From an uncultured Oscillospiraceae bacterium (lineage in GTDB: Bacteria; Bacillota; Clostridia; Oscillospirales; Acutalibacteraceae): a stretch of 64,000 nt of DNA. The stretch lies in the NCBI GenBank assembly GCA_900544375.1, contig UQUZ01000001.1:52270-116269 (forward strand). Reading direction: 5' to 3'. How positions within the stretch are numbered: position 1 is the stretch's first letter; every line of letters begins with the position of its first letter. The notes beneath the pieces were generated by a model. The model saw only the letters and a program-made list of their open reading frames with translations, ran no database searches and was not told the origin of the DNA. The position numbers and the translations under genes are program-made. Below, piece by piece: positions 1 to 12,562 of this stretch.

Positions 1-486
1 GTCCGTGCGCTTACAAGCGGCAAGCTTTTGAAGAATGACGGCTTGGTGACACGCAGCGGGGAAAAGGTGTTTTGGGATCGAACCACATTGTATGCACTGC
101 GTGGAATGTTTTATTGCGGAAAGGCAAATGACGCGCTACGGCTCTTGAAGCGCTACTCTTCAGCACGGCTGCTCGGTGAACATATCCCATACGCGGTAGA
201 GGCGTTTCCGGAAGGGAATCAGGCCCAACTTTCCGCCGAAAGCGGGCTATATTTACGCATCTATTCCGAGGGGATTCTCGGCTATCGCCCAACCGGATTG
301 AAACGCTTTGAAATAAAGCCGAATTTGCCGGCGGAATGGGACGTGTTTTCCATAGAGCAGATGCGGCTTTGCGGGCAAACGGCGAGCGTGTATGTGAAAC
401 GTGAGCAGAACGCTTATGAAATCACAGTAAAAACGGAAACGGGCGCGCAGTGCGTAACGGGGCAAAGGGCAGTGTTTTCGTTTTAA
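1..486 (+). CDS. C-terminal fragment of a glycoside-hydrolase-like protein; the gene continues off the left edge
   Basis: The frame of the listed 28..486 ORF has no stop back to base 1. The tail (...EAFPEGNQAQLSAESGLYLRIYSEGILGY...) resembles C-termini of (alpha/alpha)6-barrel glycosidases, by recollection only. A hairpin terminator follows. Confidence 0.45.
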   Translation, partial: VRALTSGKLLKNDGLVTRSGEKVFWDRTTLYALRGMFYCGKANDALRLLKRYSSARLLGEHIPYAVEAFPEGNQAQLSAESGLYLRIYSEGILGYRPTGLKRFEIKPNLPAEWDVFSIEQMRLCGQTASVYVKREQNAYEITVKTETGAQCVTGQRAVFSF

Positions 487-601
487 CCCGGCAAAAGGGG
501 ATTGACAGGGCTCAAAGGCTGAATTTTATGAATGGGTTGATTGCTCATATAGAAAGCTTCTTATAAATTAGACTACTTTTATCAGTTCAAAGCATGAAGA
601 A

Positions 602-644
602 AGAAAAAACAACCGATGGCAGATTTGCCATCGGTTGTTTTTGC
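602..644. terminator. Bidirectional intrinsic terminator between the convergent left-edge gene and mfd
   Basis: 13-bp perfect stem aacaaccgatggc/gccatcggttgtt with a 6-nt loop, an A-run upstream and a T-run downstream. Confidence 0.8.
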
Positions 645-686
645 GAATCAAAAAATAGAGGATACTTTTGCAGGTGTACGCAGCTT

Positions 687-3600
687 CTATTTTTTCCCCT
701 CCGGCTCGAGCGAATAAATGCGTAAGGCTTCCTGTAGTGTGTCAACGGGGGATTGCCCTGCGCCCATTTTTACAGAAATATAGGGCTTTGCCCCCGCGCT
801 GACCAAGATCCGGCCGCGTAGAAGAGCGGCCAGGCGCGATACCTTCTGCATGTCGATCGCATTAGAATAGAGCAGCAGGCAGTTGCCGCGCTGGCTGATT
901 TCGTAGATGCCCTGCCCAGAGGCGGAGTTGCGCAGGAGGGAGACATTAACCAGCCCCTGCACACTGGGCGGCGGGTCTCCAAAACGGTCGATGAGCTCGT
1001 CATATACGTCCTCCACATCATCCGGCGTGCGGATATCCGCAATCCGCCGATAGATAGAAAGCCGCTGTGGGATGCTCTCAATGTATTCCTCAGGGATGTG
1101 CGCTTCCACTTGCAGGTCAATTAGGCACTCTTCCTCTGGCTTTTGCGGTTTTTCGCCCCGCTCCTCCGCGATAGCTTCCGAGAGCATCTGAATATACATA
1201 TCATAGCCGACCGCTTCCATATGACCATGCTGCTGTGCGCCGAGAATGTTGCCTGCGCCGCGGATTTCGAGGTCGCGCATTGCAATTTGGAAGCCGGAGC
1301 CAAATTCTGTATATTCCCGGATTGCACTCAGGCGGCGGGTGGCGATTTCACTCAATTCCTTGCCACGGGTAAAGGTGAGGTAGGCATAGGCCCGCCGGGT
1401 GGAGCGCCCCACGCGCCCGCGGATTTGATGCAGCTGTGCAAGGCCCAGCCGGTCGGCGTTTTCGATAATTAGAGTGTTGACATTTGGCACATCCACGCCG
1501 GTTTCAATGATGGTCGTGCAGACGAGCACATCAATCTCCCCGTTGAGCAGATTGCTCCAAATTTCGCTGAGCTCTTCCTCTTCCATCTTGCCATGGGCAA
1601 TGCCAATGCGCGCCTCTGGCAGGAATTCATGGATTCCTGCCGCCGCGCGGGTGATCGTATCCACCCGGTTATGCAGGTAGTAGACCTGCCCGCCGCGCCG
1701 CAGCTCCTTCTGGATCGCCTCTGCCAGAATCCCCATGTCGTGCTCCATTACATAGGTTTGCACGGGGTGGCGATCCTGTGGAGCCTCTTCCAGCATCGAC
1801 ATATCGCGGATGCCGGTCATTGCCATATTGAGCGTGCGGGGGATTGGGGTAGCGGAGAGGGTGAGCACGTCAACGGTCGGGAACAGTTCTTTCAGATGCT
1901 CCTTCTGCGCCACACCGAATCGCTGTTCCTCATCAATGATCACAAGGCCCAAATCTTTGAATTTGATATCCTTTGAGATCAGCCGGTGCGTGCCGACCAC
2001 CATATCCATGCTGCCTTGCCTGAGCCCGCGCAGGATTTTTGCCTGTTCCTGCGGCGTGCGGAAGCGCGAAATCATATCCACTTCCACAGGGAATCCCTCA
2101 AAGCGCTTGAGGATCGTTTGATAGTGCTGAAAGGCAAGGATCGTCGTTGGCACGAGCATGGCGCATTGCTTGCCCTCCGCAATGCACTTAAAGGCGGCGC
2201 GCAGGGCAACCTCTGTTTTGCCAAAGCCTACGTCGCCGCAAAGCAGGCGGTCCATCGGATAATTTTTCTCCATATCGCCTTTGATTTCGTCAATGCAACG
2301 CAGTTGATCGTCTGTTTCCTCAAATTCAAAGCGCCGTTCAAAATCGTTCTGCATGTCCGAATCTGGAGAGAATGCATAGCCTGGCGCCTTCATGCGCTCC
2401 GCATAGAGCTTGGTAAGCTGCTCTGCCATATCTTTGACAGCGGCGCGCACGCGCGAGCGGGTTTTTTGCCACTCCTTGCCGCCGAGGCGGTTGATTTTCA
2501 GGCTCTTGCCATCCTCATGCGGGCCGATGTATTTGGAAACGAGATCAAGCTGCGTGACGGGGACGTATAAAACATCCTCTTTTGCATATTTGATTTTGAT
2601 GTAATCCTTGGTAACGCCGCTAACCTCCAGCTTGTTAATCCCGTCAAAAATGCCGATGCCGTGAACAGCATGAACAATATAGTCCCCTCGGTGCAGCTCA
2701 TCGAGCGAATGGATGCCCGCGCGGGGATTTTTGTTTTTCTTTACCGCGCGGCGAGAAGCGCCCGCCGCGCGCCCGTGGGTGAAAAGCATAAATTTCAGCA
2801 GCGGGTATTCCATGCCCGCAGTGAGCCCGCCGGGCAGGATGCTGACACGGCTTGAGGGAAACTCAGAAGGAGGAATATTAAAAAAAACGCTGGGCAGGCC
2901 CTCGGCTTCCAAATCCTGTGCGAGCGTTTTAGCGGCCTTGTCCGTGCCCGCCATCACAACACAGGTATACCCTTGCTCCCGTGCCGGGCGCAGCTCTTGC
3001 AGCAGGATGTCGAGCGCGCCGCCCCAAACGGGCAGCTGCTGGGCATTGAGCGTAGTCAACGCCTGCACGGGCGTATCAAAGCTGCCGCGGGCGAAGGTGT
3101 CAAGATAGATTGCGCCGTGCTCCTCATAGGCTTTGACCAGCTCCCCCCAGCCTAATGTAAAGGTATCCAGGCCGCGGCACAGGATGCCGTCTTCAAAGAG
3201 CTCTTTTATTTCTTCATGAAAGAGGGATGCGGATGCCGCCGCGCGCTCCTTAACTTTGCCGGTATCGCTGATGAATAGCATTGCGTCTTCCGCATAATCG
3301 AGGATTGTTGCGGGCGAATCGTAAGCGAGGTTCAGATACCGGTCTAGCGAGGAGAGGTGCGCGCCAGCCCGCAGGCTGTCCACATCCGCAAGCAAAGATG
3401 CCCTTGCCTTGGCGGCCTTTCCACGCAGGGAGGCGCAGTGCGCTTCAATTTTATCGGCCAAAAGCTCCTGGCTGTCAAATAGGATTTCCAGCGCCGGTGT
3501 GATTTTTGCCGATTGGAGCTGGTCTGTCCGGCGCTGGGATTCAATTTCAAAATGTGCGATCGTATCAATCGTGTCGCCCCAAAATTCCAACCGCAGGGGA

Positions 3601-4163
3601 AACGAGCCATCTGGGGGGAAAAAATCGATAATTCCGCCGCGTTGGGCAAACTGCCCAATGCCGTCTACCGTTTCTGAACGGACGTAGCCTGCGGCAAGCA
3701 GCGCCTCTACAACCGAGCCTGGTGTGCAGCTCTCACCTGCCTTCAGCGTAACGGTGCGGGTATAGAGCTCCTCCGGAGGCAGGGTCAGCTGCACGGCGGC
3801 CTCAACGGAGCAGACTACAACACGGTATTCGCCCTCCAGCATATGGCCGAGCACGCCGAGCCGCTGCTGCTCATAGTCGCGGGATTGGCCCTGTGATGGG
3901 CGAAGGCTCCAATCCCTTGCCGGATAGAGCAGTGCGCCGCCCTTCATAGCGTTTAAGTTTTCTACAAGGCGGCTGCCCTCTGCTTCATCTGCCACGATGA
4001 GCACGGCGCGGCAGCCCTCGTCCTCGCATAGCGAGTGCACAAGGTGTGCCTTGTGGATCGGGGAAACGCCCGTCACACCGGCAGGCAGCCGATGTTCCCG
4101 GATTGCGTTGGATATGGTTTTATATTCTGCGCTCGCACGCAGCACTTTAGAAAAACAGGACAT
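687..4163 (-). CDS. mfd: Transcription-repair coupling factor
   Basis: 1158-1170 aa with DEAD/helicase motifs (GDVGFGKTEVA, DEEQRFG), a CarD-like region (GDYIVHAVHGIG) and a TRCF C-terminus. Start set at the internal ATG (MSCFSKVL...) that has a GGAG upstream. Confidence 0.95.
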   Translation of the reverse strand: MSCFSKVLRASAEYKTISNAIREHRLPAGVTGVSPIHKAHLVHSLCEDEGCRAVLIVADEAEGSRLVENLNAMKGGALLYPARDWSLRPSQGQSRDYEQQRLGVLGHMLEGEYRVVVCSVEAAVQLTLPPEELYTRTVTLKAGESCTPGSVVEALLAAGYVRSETVDGIGQFAQRGGIIDFFPPDGSFPLRLEFWGDTIDTIAHFEIESQRRTDQLQSAKITPALEILFDSQELLADKIEAHCASLRGKAAKARASLLADVDSLRAGAHLSSLDRYLNLAYDSPATILDYAEDAMLFISDTGKVKERAAASASLFHEEIKELFEDGILCRGLDTFTLGWGELVKAYEEHGAIYLDTFARGSFDTPVQALTTLNAQQLPVWGGALDILLQELRPAREQGYTCVVMAGTDKAAKTLAQDLEAEGLPSVFFNIPPSEFPSSRVSILPGGLTAGMEYPLLKFMLFTHGRAAGASRRAVKKNKNPRAGIHSLDELHRGDYIVHAVHGIGIFDGINKLEVSGVTKDYIKIKYAKEDVLYVPVTQLDLVSKYIGPHEDGKSLKINRLGGKEWQKTRSRVRAAVKDMAEQLTKLYAERMKAPGYAFSPDSDMQNDFERRFEFEETDDQLRCIDEIKGDMEKNYPMDRLLCGDVGFGKTEVALRAAFKCIAEGKQCAMLVPTTILAFQHYQTILKRFEGFPVEVDMISRFRTPQEQAKILRGLRQGSMDMVVGTHRLISKDIKFKDLGLVIIDEEQRFGVAQKEHLKELFPTVDVLTLSATPIPRTLNMAMTGIRDMSMLEEAPQDRHPVQTYVMEHDMGILAEAIQKELRRGGQVYYLHNRVDTITRAAAGIHEFLPEARIGIAHGKMEEEELSEIWSNLLNGEIDVLVCTTIIETGVDVPNVNTLIIENADRLGLAQLHQIRGRVGRSTRRAYAYLTFTRGKELSEIATRRLSAIREYTEFGSGFQIAMRDLEIRGAGNILGAQQHGHMEAVGYDMYIQMLSEAIAEERGEKPQKPEEECLIDLQVEAHIPEEYIESIPQRLSIYRRIADIRTPDDVEDVYDELIDRFGDPPPSVQGLVNVSLLRNSASGQGIYEISQRGNCLLLYSNAIDMQKVSRLAALLRGRILVSAGAKPYISVKMGAGQSPVDTLQEALRIYSLEPEGKK

Positions 4164-4208
4164 GGTTGCAGCTCCGCTTCCGCACGCGTTACCGCGCACT
4201 GTCAGGTT

Positions 4209-4934
4209 TCAATTTTCTCTATTCTCCAGACTGACTTCAAGAATGGGATACAGCTCTTCCAGCTGGGTGATTTCATAGGTGCATATAGCGCCGCTCGTGT
4301 TTTGCATGCCGCTGGGGTTCAGCCAACAGGTATCAATGCCCGCATGATTACCGCCGCGGATATCGGAGGAGAGGGAATCGCCAATGATCAGCATGCGCGC
4401 GCGGTTTTTCTCCGGAATGCGGGAAAATACATAATCAAAAAAGCCCTTTTGCGGCTTTTGAAAGCCGGTCTCTTCCGAAACAAATACGCCGTCAAAAGCA
4501 TGGGCGAGAGGGGAGCCCTCCAGCCTGCGGTATTGCACCCGCCTCAGCCCGTTCGTCACCAAATAGAGGCTGTATTTCGCCCGGAGAGTATCAATCAGCT
4601 CCAGAGCGCCGGGAAGAAGATATGCGCCCTGGCCGAGGTAGCCGATATAGGCTTCATTCGCTTCAACAGGGGAGGCGCCAGCCATCCCCGCGGCGTCGAA
4701 GAAGTGCAAAAAACGCTGAATTTCGAGCTGATCCTTTGTGACCTTGCCTAGCTCGTATAATTCCCAAAGAGCCTGATTTTTTTCTTGATACAGGGCAAAC
4801 AGCTCCTGCGAAAAAGGGAGGGCGAATTGCGCCAGGGTGCGCCGCAGCGCCTCCCAGGAAGCCTTTTGGTAGTCGAAAAGCGTGCCGTCGGCATCAAACA
4901 GCAGCGTTGTATAGCGGTATGTAGAGTCAAACAT
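4209..4934 (-). CDS. HAD-IA family hydrolase (YjjG-like nucleotidase type)
   Basis: HAD motifs are present: LLFDADGTLFDY (DxDxT), LVTNG, IGDSLSSDIRGG. Confidence 0.8.
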   Translation of the reverse strand: MFDSTYRYTTLLFDADGTLFDYQKASWEALRRTLAQFALPFSQELFALYQEKNQALWELYELGKVTKDQLEIQRFLHFFDAAGMAGASPVEANEAYIGYLGQGAYLLPGALELIDTLRAKYSLYLVTNGLRRVQYRRLEGSPLAHAFDGVFVSEETGFQKPQKGFFDYVFSRIPEKNRARMLIIGDSLSSDIRGGNHAGIDTCWLNPSGMQNTSGAICTYEITQLEELYPILEVSLENREN

Positions 4935-4978
4935 TTTTGCACAGCCTTTCTCAAGGGAAGGATAGGGGAATAGCAGGC

Positions 4979-5593
4979 TTATGAGTTGTATAGGTTCATC
5001 GCGCGGTCCGTTTCCTCCCGCACAAGCAAAGGCACTGCTTCACAGGCCTTTTCCATCGCTTCCTTCATCCGAGAAAGCTCGTCTTTTTGAAACGTGGAGA
5101 GCACCCAGTCGGCCAGATCGTAATCCGGGCGCGGCTTTGCGCCCACACCAAGCTTTATGCGGGGGAACTGATCGCTGCCCAGTAGATAAAGAATGCTTTT
5201 GATGCCGTTGTGTCCGCCGTCCGATCCCTTCCTGCGTATGCGCAGTTTGCCCGGAGGCAGAGAGATATCGTCAAATAGTATAATGATATGCTCTGGTGGA
5301 ATTTTGTAGAAATTGGCCGCGTCGCGCACCGCTTCGCCGCTATTGTTCATAAAGGTCTGCGGTTTCATGAGGATGCAGCGGCTGCCTTCAATGGCAACGT
5401 CGGCCACAACGGATTTGAATTTGATGCGGTCAATCTTCACGCCGAGCTGCTGCGCGAGCAAATCCATGCAGAGAAAGCCCGCATTGTGGCGGGTGAATTC
5501 ATATTTTGGCCCGGGATTGCCAAGCCCAACGATCAAAAATTCCGGCGCACCGGAAGGGGAACGATTCGTTTTCCACTTTTCAAATAAAGACAT
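4979..5593 (-). CDS. pth: Peptidyl-tRNA hydrolase
   Basis: LIVGLGNPGPKYEFTRHNAGF signature, the expected length, and the classical position next to mfd. Confidence 0.93.
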   Translation of the reverse strand: MSLFEKWKTNRSPSGAPEFLIVGLGNPGPKYEFTRHNAGFLCMDLLAQQLGVKIDRIKFKSVVADVAIEGSRCILMKPQTFMNNSGEAVRDAANFYKIPPEHIIILFDDISLPPGKLRIRRKGSDGGHNGIKSILYLLGSDQFPRIKLGVGAKPRPDYDLADWVLSTFQKDELSRMKEAMEKACEAVPLLVREETDRAMNLYNS

Positions 5594-5695
5594 CGTGCTC
5601 TCCAGCCTTCATATTTATTTCCCAATTACAATAGATTGTACGCACAAACGGGGCTGTGGAAGCGCCCACAGCCCTCGCCCTGAGATCGTTCGATT

Positions 5696-7069
5696 TTATT
5701 TCATGCCCTTATAAGGCTTTTTGCGCAGCACCCAGCCCTCTTTATTCACCTGACGCGCACGCGCGATGCCTAGTGCGTTCGCGGGCACATCGTCGGTGAT
5801 GGTGGAGCCCGCGGCCGTATATCCATAATCGCCAACCCTGACGGGGGCAACGAGGTTGGAGTTGCAGCCGATGAAGGCGTGGTCTCCGATCACGGTGCGG
5901 TGCTTTTCTTTCCCGGTGTAATTCACGGTGACGCAGCCGCAGCCGAAATTCACGCTTTTGCCCACGTCCGCATCACCCACATAAGTCAGGTGGGATACTT
6001 TCGTGCCCTCCCCGATCCGGGCGTTTTTCACCTCGACAAAATTGCCCAGGTGTGTATGCGGCCCAATTTTTGCATTGGGACGCAGGTGGACGAACGGACC
6101 GATATCGGCGCCCTCCTGGATTTCCGCCTGTTCGCTGAGCACGTTGTCGAGCTTCACATTGTCGCCGGCCAGGGTGTCGATAAGCTGTGTGTTAGGGCCG
6201 ATGATGCAGTTTTTGCCGATTATGGTCTTTCCGCGCAGGATGGTACCCGGTAGGATGCGGGTATCCGCCCCGATCGTAACATCCGGCCCGATGAACACGC
6301 CGTCAGCGCAGGGGATATCCACTCCCTCCAGAAGCCAATGCATCAGCATCCGCTGGCGGGCGAGGTTGTTTAAGTGGAGCAATTGGACGCGATCATCAGC
6401 TTTGAGCGCAATATCCGGGTCGGCGGCGGTAAATACACCCACGTGCTGCCTGCTGTCGAGCATGCACTGTACCACATCGATCAAATTAGATTCTCTGCCG
6501 GTGCATTCCTCAGCAATCTGGCCCGTCGCCCGGAGCAGTTGGTCACATTGGAACCAGCCGGCGCCGGCAAATACCTCTCGACCCGTTTCATTGGCATCCT
6601 GCTCTGCAAGAATGCCTGCAAAAGCCCCGTCCGCGCTGCGGGCAATATGTGGATAGCCGTTGGAGTTTTTCACAAAGGCGGCGAGAATAGTGGCTGCATT
6701 CCCTGCGCGTTTATGCGCATCAAAGGCGGATCGTATCGTATCGGCATCTATCAGGGGGATGTTTCCGTTGAGAAGAAATACGTCCCCACCGCGAAAACGC
6801 TCCAAAAAGGCGCGTGCCTGCGAGATCGCATGGCCTGTGCCGGAAGGCCCCAGCAGAATGGTTTCGCCGCGCCCCTCCAGATGGCTGGCCAGGGCTTCGC
6901 AGTGGGCGGCAACGGTGCAGGTTGATTGGATGCCGGCGTTCTGCACGGCGTCGAGCACCCAGTCGATCATTGGCTGGAAGAGTACCTCCGCCATGGCAGC
7001 TGGCCGGGAGGATTTCATCTGTTTGCCATCGCTGGCGGCGAGAATAACTGCACAACGGCTGTTTTGCAT
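5696..7069 (-). CDS. glmU: Bifunctional UDP-N-acetylglucosamine pyrophosphorylase / glucosamine-1-phosphate N-acetyltransferase
   Basis: N-terminal nucleotidyltransferase fold (AVILAASDGKQMKS) plus a C-terminal left-handed beta-helix of hexapeptide repeats; 457 aa. Confidence 0.9.
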   Translation of the reverse strand: MQNSRCAVILAASDGKQMKSSRPAAMAEVLFQPMIDWVLDAVQNAGIQSTCTVAAHCEALASHLEGRGETILLGPSGTGHAISQARAFLERFRGGDVFLLNGNIPLIDADTIRSAFDAHKRAGNAATILAAFVKNSNGYPHIARSADGAFAGILAEQDANETGREVFAGAGWFQCDQLLRATGQIAEECTGRESNLIDVVQCMLDSRQHVGVFTAADPDIALKADDRVQLLHLNNLARQRMLMHWLLEGVDIPCADGVFIGPDVTIGADTRILPGTILRGKTIIGKNCIIGPNTQLIDTLAGDNVKLDNVLSEQAEIQEGADIGPFVHLRPNAKIGPHTHLGNFVEVKNARIGEGTKVSHLTYVGDADVGKSVNFGCGCVTVNYTGKEKHRTVIGDHAFIGCNSNLVAPVRVGDYGYTAAGSTITDDVPANALGIARARQVNKEGWVLRKKPYKGMK

Positions 7070-7394
7070 GAGTGCGACCCCTTTCCTTGCTTCATAATCA
7101 TATTATCATAAATGAAACACCAAAAAACCATTTCTTATTGATTCTAATATTATGCCAAGAATGTGGTAGTTTTTCAAGCTTTTCGAAAATTCGAGATTGA
7201 AATTGTAAAAAGGTATCTATAATATACAAAACAAGGAAACGCTAAAAACATGAATTTATATCAATCATGCATGGAAAAAATTGTTCGTATCTGTTATAAT
7301 GCAGGTTGACGTAAACCGGCCCTTCAGGTTTTTTAGGAAACCCGGCCGTGGTCGTGATTATTTCGCTGATATTTAAATTGGAGGATGATTTGGA

Positions 7395-10031
<2,637 letters not shown>

Positions 10032-10061
10032 GCTGCTAAACTCAGAAAAAAGACAAGGAAA

Positions 10062-10096
10062 TCGCCGGAGAGGTTTATCCTCTCCGGCGATTTTTA
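10062..10096 (+). terminator. ppdK intrinsic terminator
   Basis: Stem tcgccggagagg/cctctccggcga with a 5-nt loop, followed by TTTTT. Confidence 0.85.
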
Positions 10097-10493
10097 TTTC
10101 GTTGAGACCAATCGCACCAAGTCGGGCCGAGTAAGCAAACTGACGATATTTTTATGATATATGATGGCGACACGGACGGCCCCGATAGGGATGCATTGTA
10201 TCAAAAAGGTGCGTTCATTTGTTAGGAAGCGTAGACTCGTCTCGGATAACAAGCATTTCATGGCTACCATCGGATTTCATATAATTTATGAAGCTAAATA
10301 CCAAATAGGCCTTTTTATTACCCGAAAATGCATTTTGAATTGCGGCTTTCATCATCATTTTGTCTTGCCGCCGAAGCAGTCATGTGAATCGCACCGCATA
10401 AATTCTGAATGTTTCAATTAGGGCTTTTCGTTGAGAAAAAGCACAGTTTATTGTTTCTGCTAACATATTGGGAACTTGGATATCTCTTTGGTT

Positions 10494-10735
10494 TATGGTA
10501 AAATAGCTTCAAACAAAGTTTGAAGCATTGGAAAAATGGTTGTCGGCGCGAAACGCCTCCTGCCGCAAAGCGGCAACGCCATTTTTCACAAAGGTTGGCC
10601 TTGCGTGTATGGTAAAATAGCTTCAAACAAAGTTTGAAGCATTGGAAAAATGCCTGTCGGCGCGAAACGCCTCCTGCCGCAGAGCGGCAACGCCATTTTT
10701 CGCTGAGGTTAGCCTATTGCGTATATGGTAAAATG
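10494..10735 (+). repeat. Tandem direct repeat: two full units of about 114 bp plus a third partial unit. Each unit starts with an extended -10-like TATGGTAAAAT and carries three small hairpins.
   Basis: Unit 1 is about 10494-10607, unit 2 about 10608-10723, and the third TATGGTAAAATG is at about 10724. The first ~94 nt of units 1 and 2 differ at 3 positions. Internal inverted repeats are gcttcaaac-aaa-gtttgaagc, ggcg-cgaaa-cgcc and tgccgc-aaa-gcggca, enclosed by gaaaaatgg...ccatttttc. Confidence 0.85.
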
Positions 10736-10785
10736 GATTCAGTCACAGGGAAATCGTTTTTAGAAAGCCAAGGGCGGTGTGGAAT

Positions 10786-11400
10786 ATGGATCATCAGAAA
10801 AAGATCGGCGTTTTTATCCGACAGGCGCGGGAGAGGCAGAACATCACCAAAGAAACGCTGGCCCGTTCCCTGCAAATTAGCGAAGCGGAGCTCTCTGCCT
10901 GGGAGGAGGGAGTATCCTACCCGGCACTTACGCAGGCTCCCGCACTGGCAAGGGAACTCGCCGTTTCTCTGGACGAGCTGTTCAATGCCCGATATCACAC
11001 GGTCGCTCAGGACTATCAGGCGTCAGAGGCCTGTTTTCTGCGTGAGCAACCGCAGCCTGCTGATGCACCGGACCAAGATGAAACGAAGGAAACGCCCGCG
11101 TTGCAGGTTCCTGTGGAAAGCCAGGTTCAAAGCAGGCCGCGGCTGCCGGCTTGGACAAGGCTCCTCCTTGCAGGGTGTCTGATCGTGGAGGCGGGGGCGG
11201 GGTGTATCCTGCACCTATCTTCCATGAAAATGGCAGAACTCGTGCTGAGCTCTGCCGTTGCTGCCGCCACGCTTATCATGATCTCCGTCGGCATTTATAT
11301 ATATAGAAAGCATCCCACACTACGCGGTCGGGCACTCTTATTGCCGCTGCCCGCGGTGATTCTGATGCTGCTTGTGATGGTTCCCTATCTCCTGGCTTAA
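10786..11400 (+). CDS. Membrane-tethered XRE-family HTH protein
   Basis: N-terminal Cro/C1-type HTH (IGVFIRQARERQNITKETLARSLQISEAELSAWEEG), an acidic/Pro/Gln linker, and C-terminal hydrophobic helices. Start set at the ATG (MDHQKK) three codons inside the listed GTG ORF. Confidence 0.75.
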   Translation: MDHQKKIGVFIRQARERQNITKETLARSLQISEAELSAWEEGVSYPALTQAPALARELAVSLDELFNARYHTVAQDYQASEACFLREQPQPADAPDQDETKETPALQVPVESQVQSRPRLPAWTRLLLAGCLIVEAGAGCILHLSSMKMAELVLSSAVAAATLIMISVGIYIYRKHPTLRGRALLLPLPAVILMLLVMVPYLLA

Positions 11401-11560
11401 AGCGTCAGGGCCTTTTTTCAAACGACTTCGACTTTTTTAAAAGCGGAAAATGAGTTTGTTTTTTGGTCCAAACAGCGAAAAAATAAAATAGCTTTTCTTG
11501 TATGGTAAAAGGATGATATAATGGGAATGGATCATTAAAATTTATCGTGAGGAGAGGAAA

Positions 11561-12487
11561 ATGATGCAAAACTCGCAGGAACAGAAAAGAATGCCGCTGA
11601 TTGAAAACCGAACGCTTTGTCTGACCATTTTGTTAATGGCTCTGGTTTACAATGTCATTTTCGGTTGCGTGCGTAATCCACTCGGTGAAGAGAACACGAT
11701 CTCCTGGATCGGCTACGACCACCCCTTCGCTTTCTTGGTTTGGGGCGGGCTGACCGCCGCCGCGTTTTTTTTGAATATTTCGTATTTATACCATCGTTAC
11801 CACTATGCGGGTAAAATCGGTACGATCTCGCTCTATACGGCCCCAATGATGGCGATGACGGTGATTTTCATCAATGACTGGGGCTGGGAGCATGTGCTCC
11901 ACTGGATTGGGGCAATCGGCTTTATTGCGCTCAACGGCGCGGCTTTGCTTCTGTTTTTCCTGCATCATTTCAAAACACATATCAGCTATAAAATCACCTC
12001 GTTTGCCGTGGCGGGGATGCTTTTGGCGATGCTGGTGATTTTGCTGACGGTTGGGAAAAGCGGGTTACTGGAGCTTGTGCCGATGTGGATTGCGATGATC
12101 CTGTTGTTCCTGGTGAATTTTACGGAGATTTACCCCGTGACGGAGCAAGCGGCCGTGCCCGCGGCACGGGCAAAGGATCGGAAGAAAGCGGAGAAATTGG
12201 CCTGGGGACTCGGCATATTCGGTGCGCATCAGTTTTATCTGAGTTGCTGGCCGCAGGGGCTTGGCCATTTATGGATGACCTATGTAGGGTGCCTGTTTTG
12301 CTTGGACCGGTTCATCGGCATGGGTAATATCAACGGCATCGAAGGGGAAAGCGCTTGGATCTACCTTGCAGTAGGCTTCTCTATTTTAATTGGCTCCGCC
12401 GCTTGGGCAGTGTGTGATGCGTTGGAGCTGCACAGGGATGTTCGGAAAGAGGCGCGCGCGTATGCCTATGCTTCCCAATCACGCTGA
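11561..12487 (+). CDS. Polytopic membrane protein with a C-terminal TM2-like domain
   Basis: Multiple hydrophobic helices. The C-terminal segment AWGLGIFGAHQFYLSCWPQGLGHLWM matches the TM2-domain pattern (G..G.H.FY) as I remember it. A good RBS (GGAGAGG) lies upstream. Confidence 0.7.
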   Translation: MMQNSQEQKRMPLIENRTLCLTILLMALVYNVIFGCVRNPLGEENTISWIGYDHPFAFLVWGGLTAAAFFLNISYLYHRYHYAGKIGTISLYTAPMMAMTVIFINDWGWEHVLHWIGAIGFIALNGAALLLFFLHHFKTHISYKITSFAVAGMLLAMLVILLTVGKSGLLELVPMWIAMILLFLVNFTEIYPVTEQAAVPAARAKDRKKAEKLAWGLGIFGAHQFYLSCWPQGLGHLWMTYVGCLFCLDRFIGMGNINGIEGESAWIYLAVGFSILIGSAAWAVCDALELHRDVRKEARAYAYASQSR

Positions 12488-12562
12488 CGTGCGTTTCATA
12501 AAGGCTTTTTATCTGCCAAAAAAATTCGCCTGTCGGGAAAGCGCGGCTGGTGTTACCGGGCT

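Noticed and set aside
10494-10735. CRISPR array
   Set aside because: There are only about 2.1 copies with a period of ~114 bp. The whole unit is repeated, so there are no unique spacers. No cas genes are in the window.
10414-11182. ORFs 10414..10626 (-) and 10634..11182 (+) spanning the tandem repeat
   Set aside because: Their reading frames are created by the repeat itself and by GC-rich downstream sequence. The plus-strand ORF is out of frame with, and overlaps, the well-formed XRE HTH gene.
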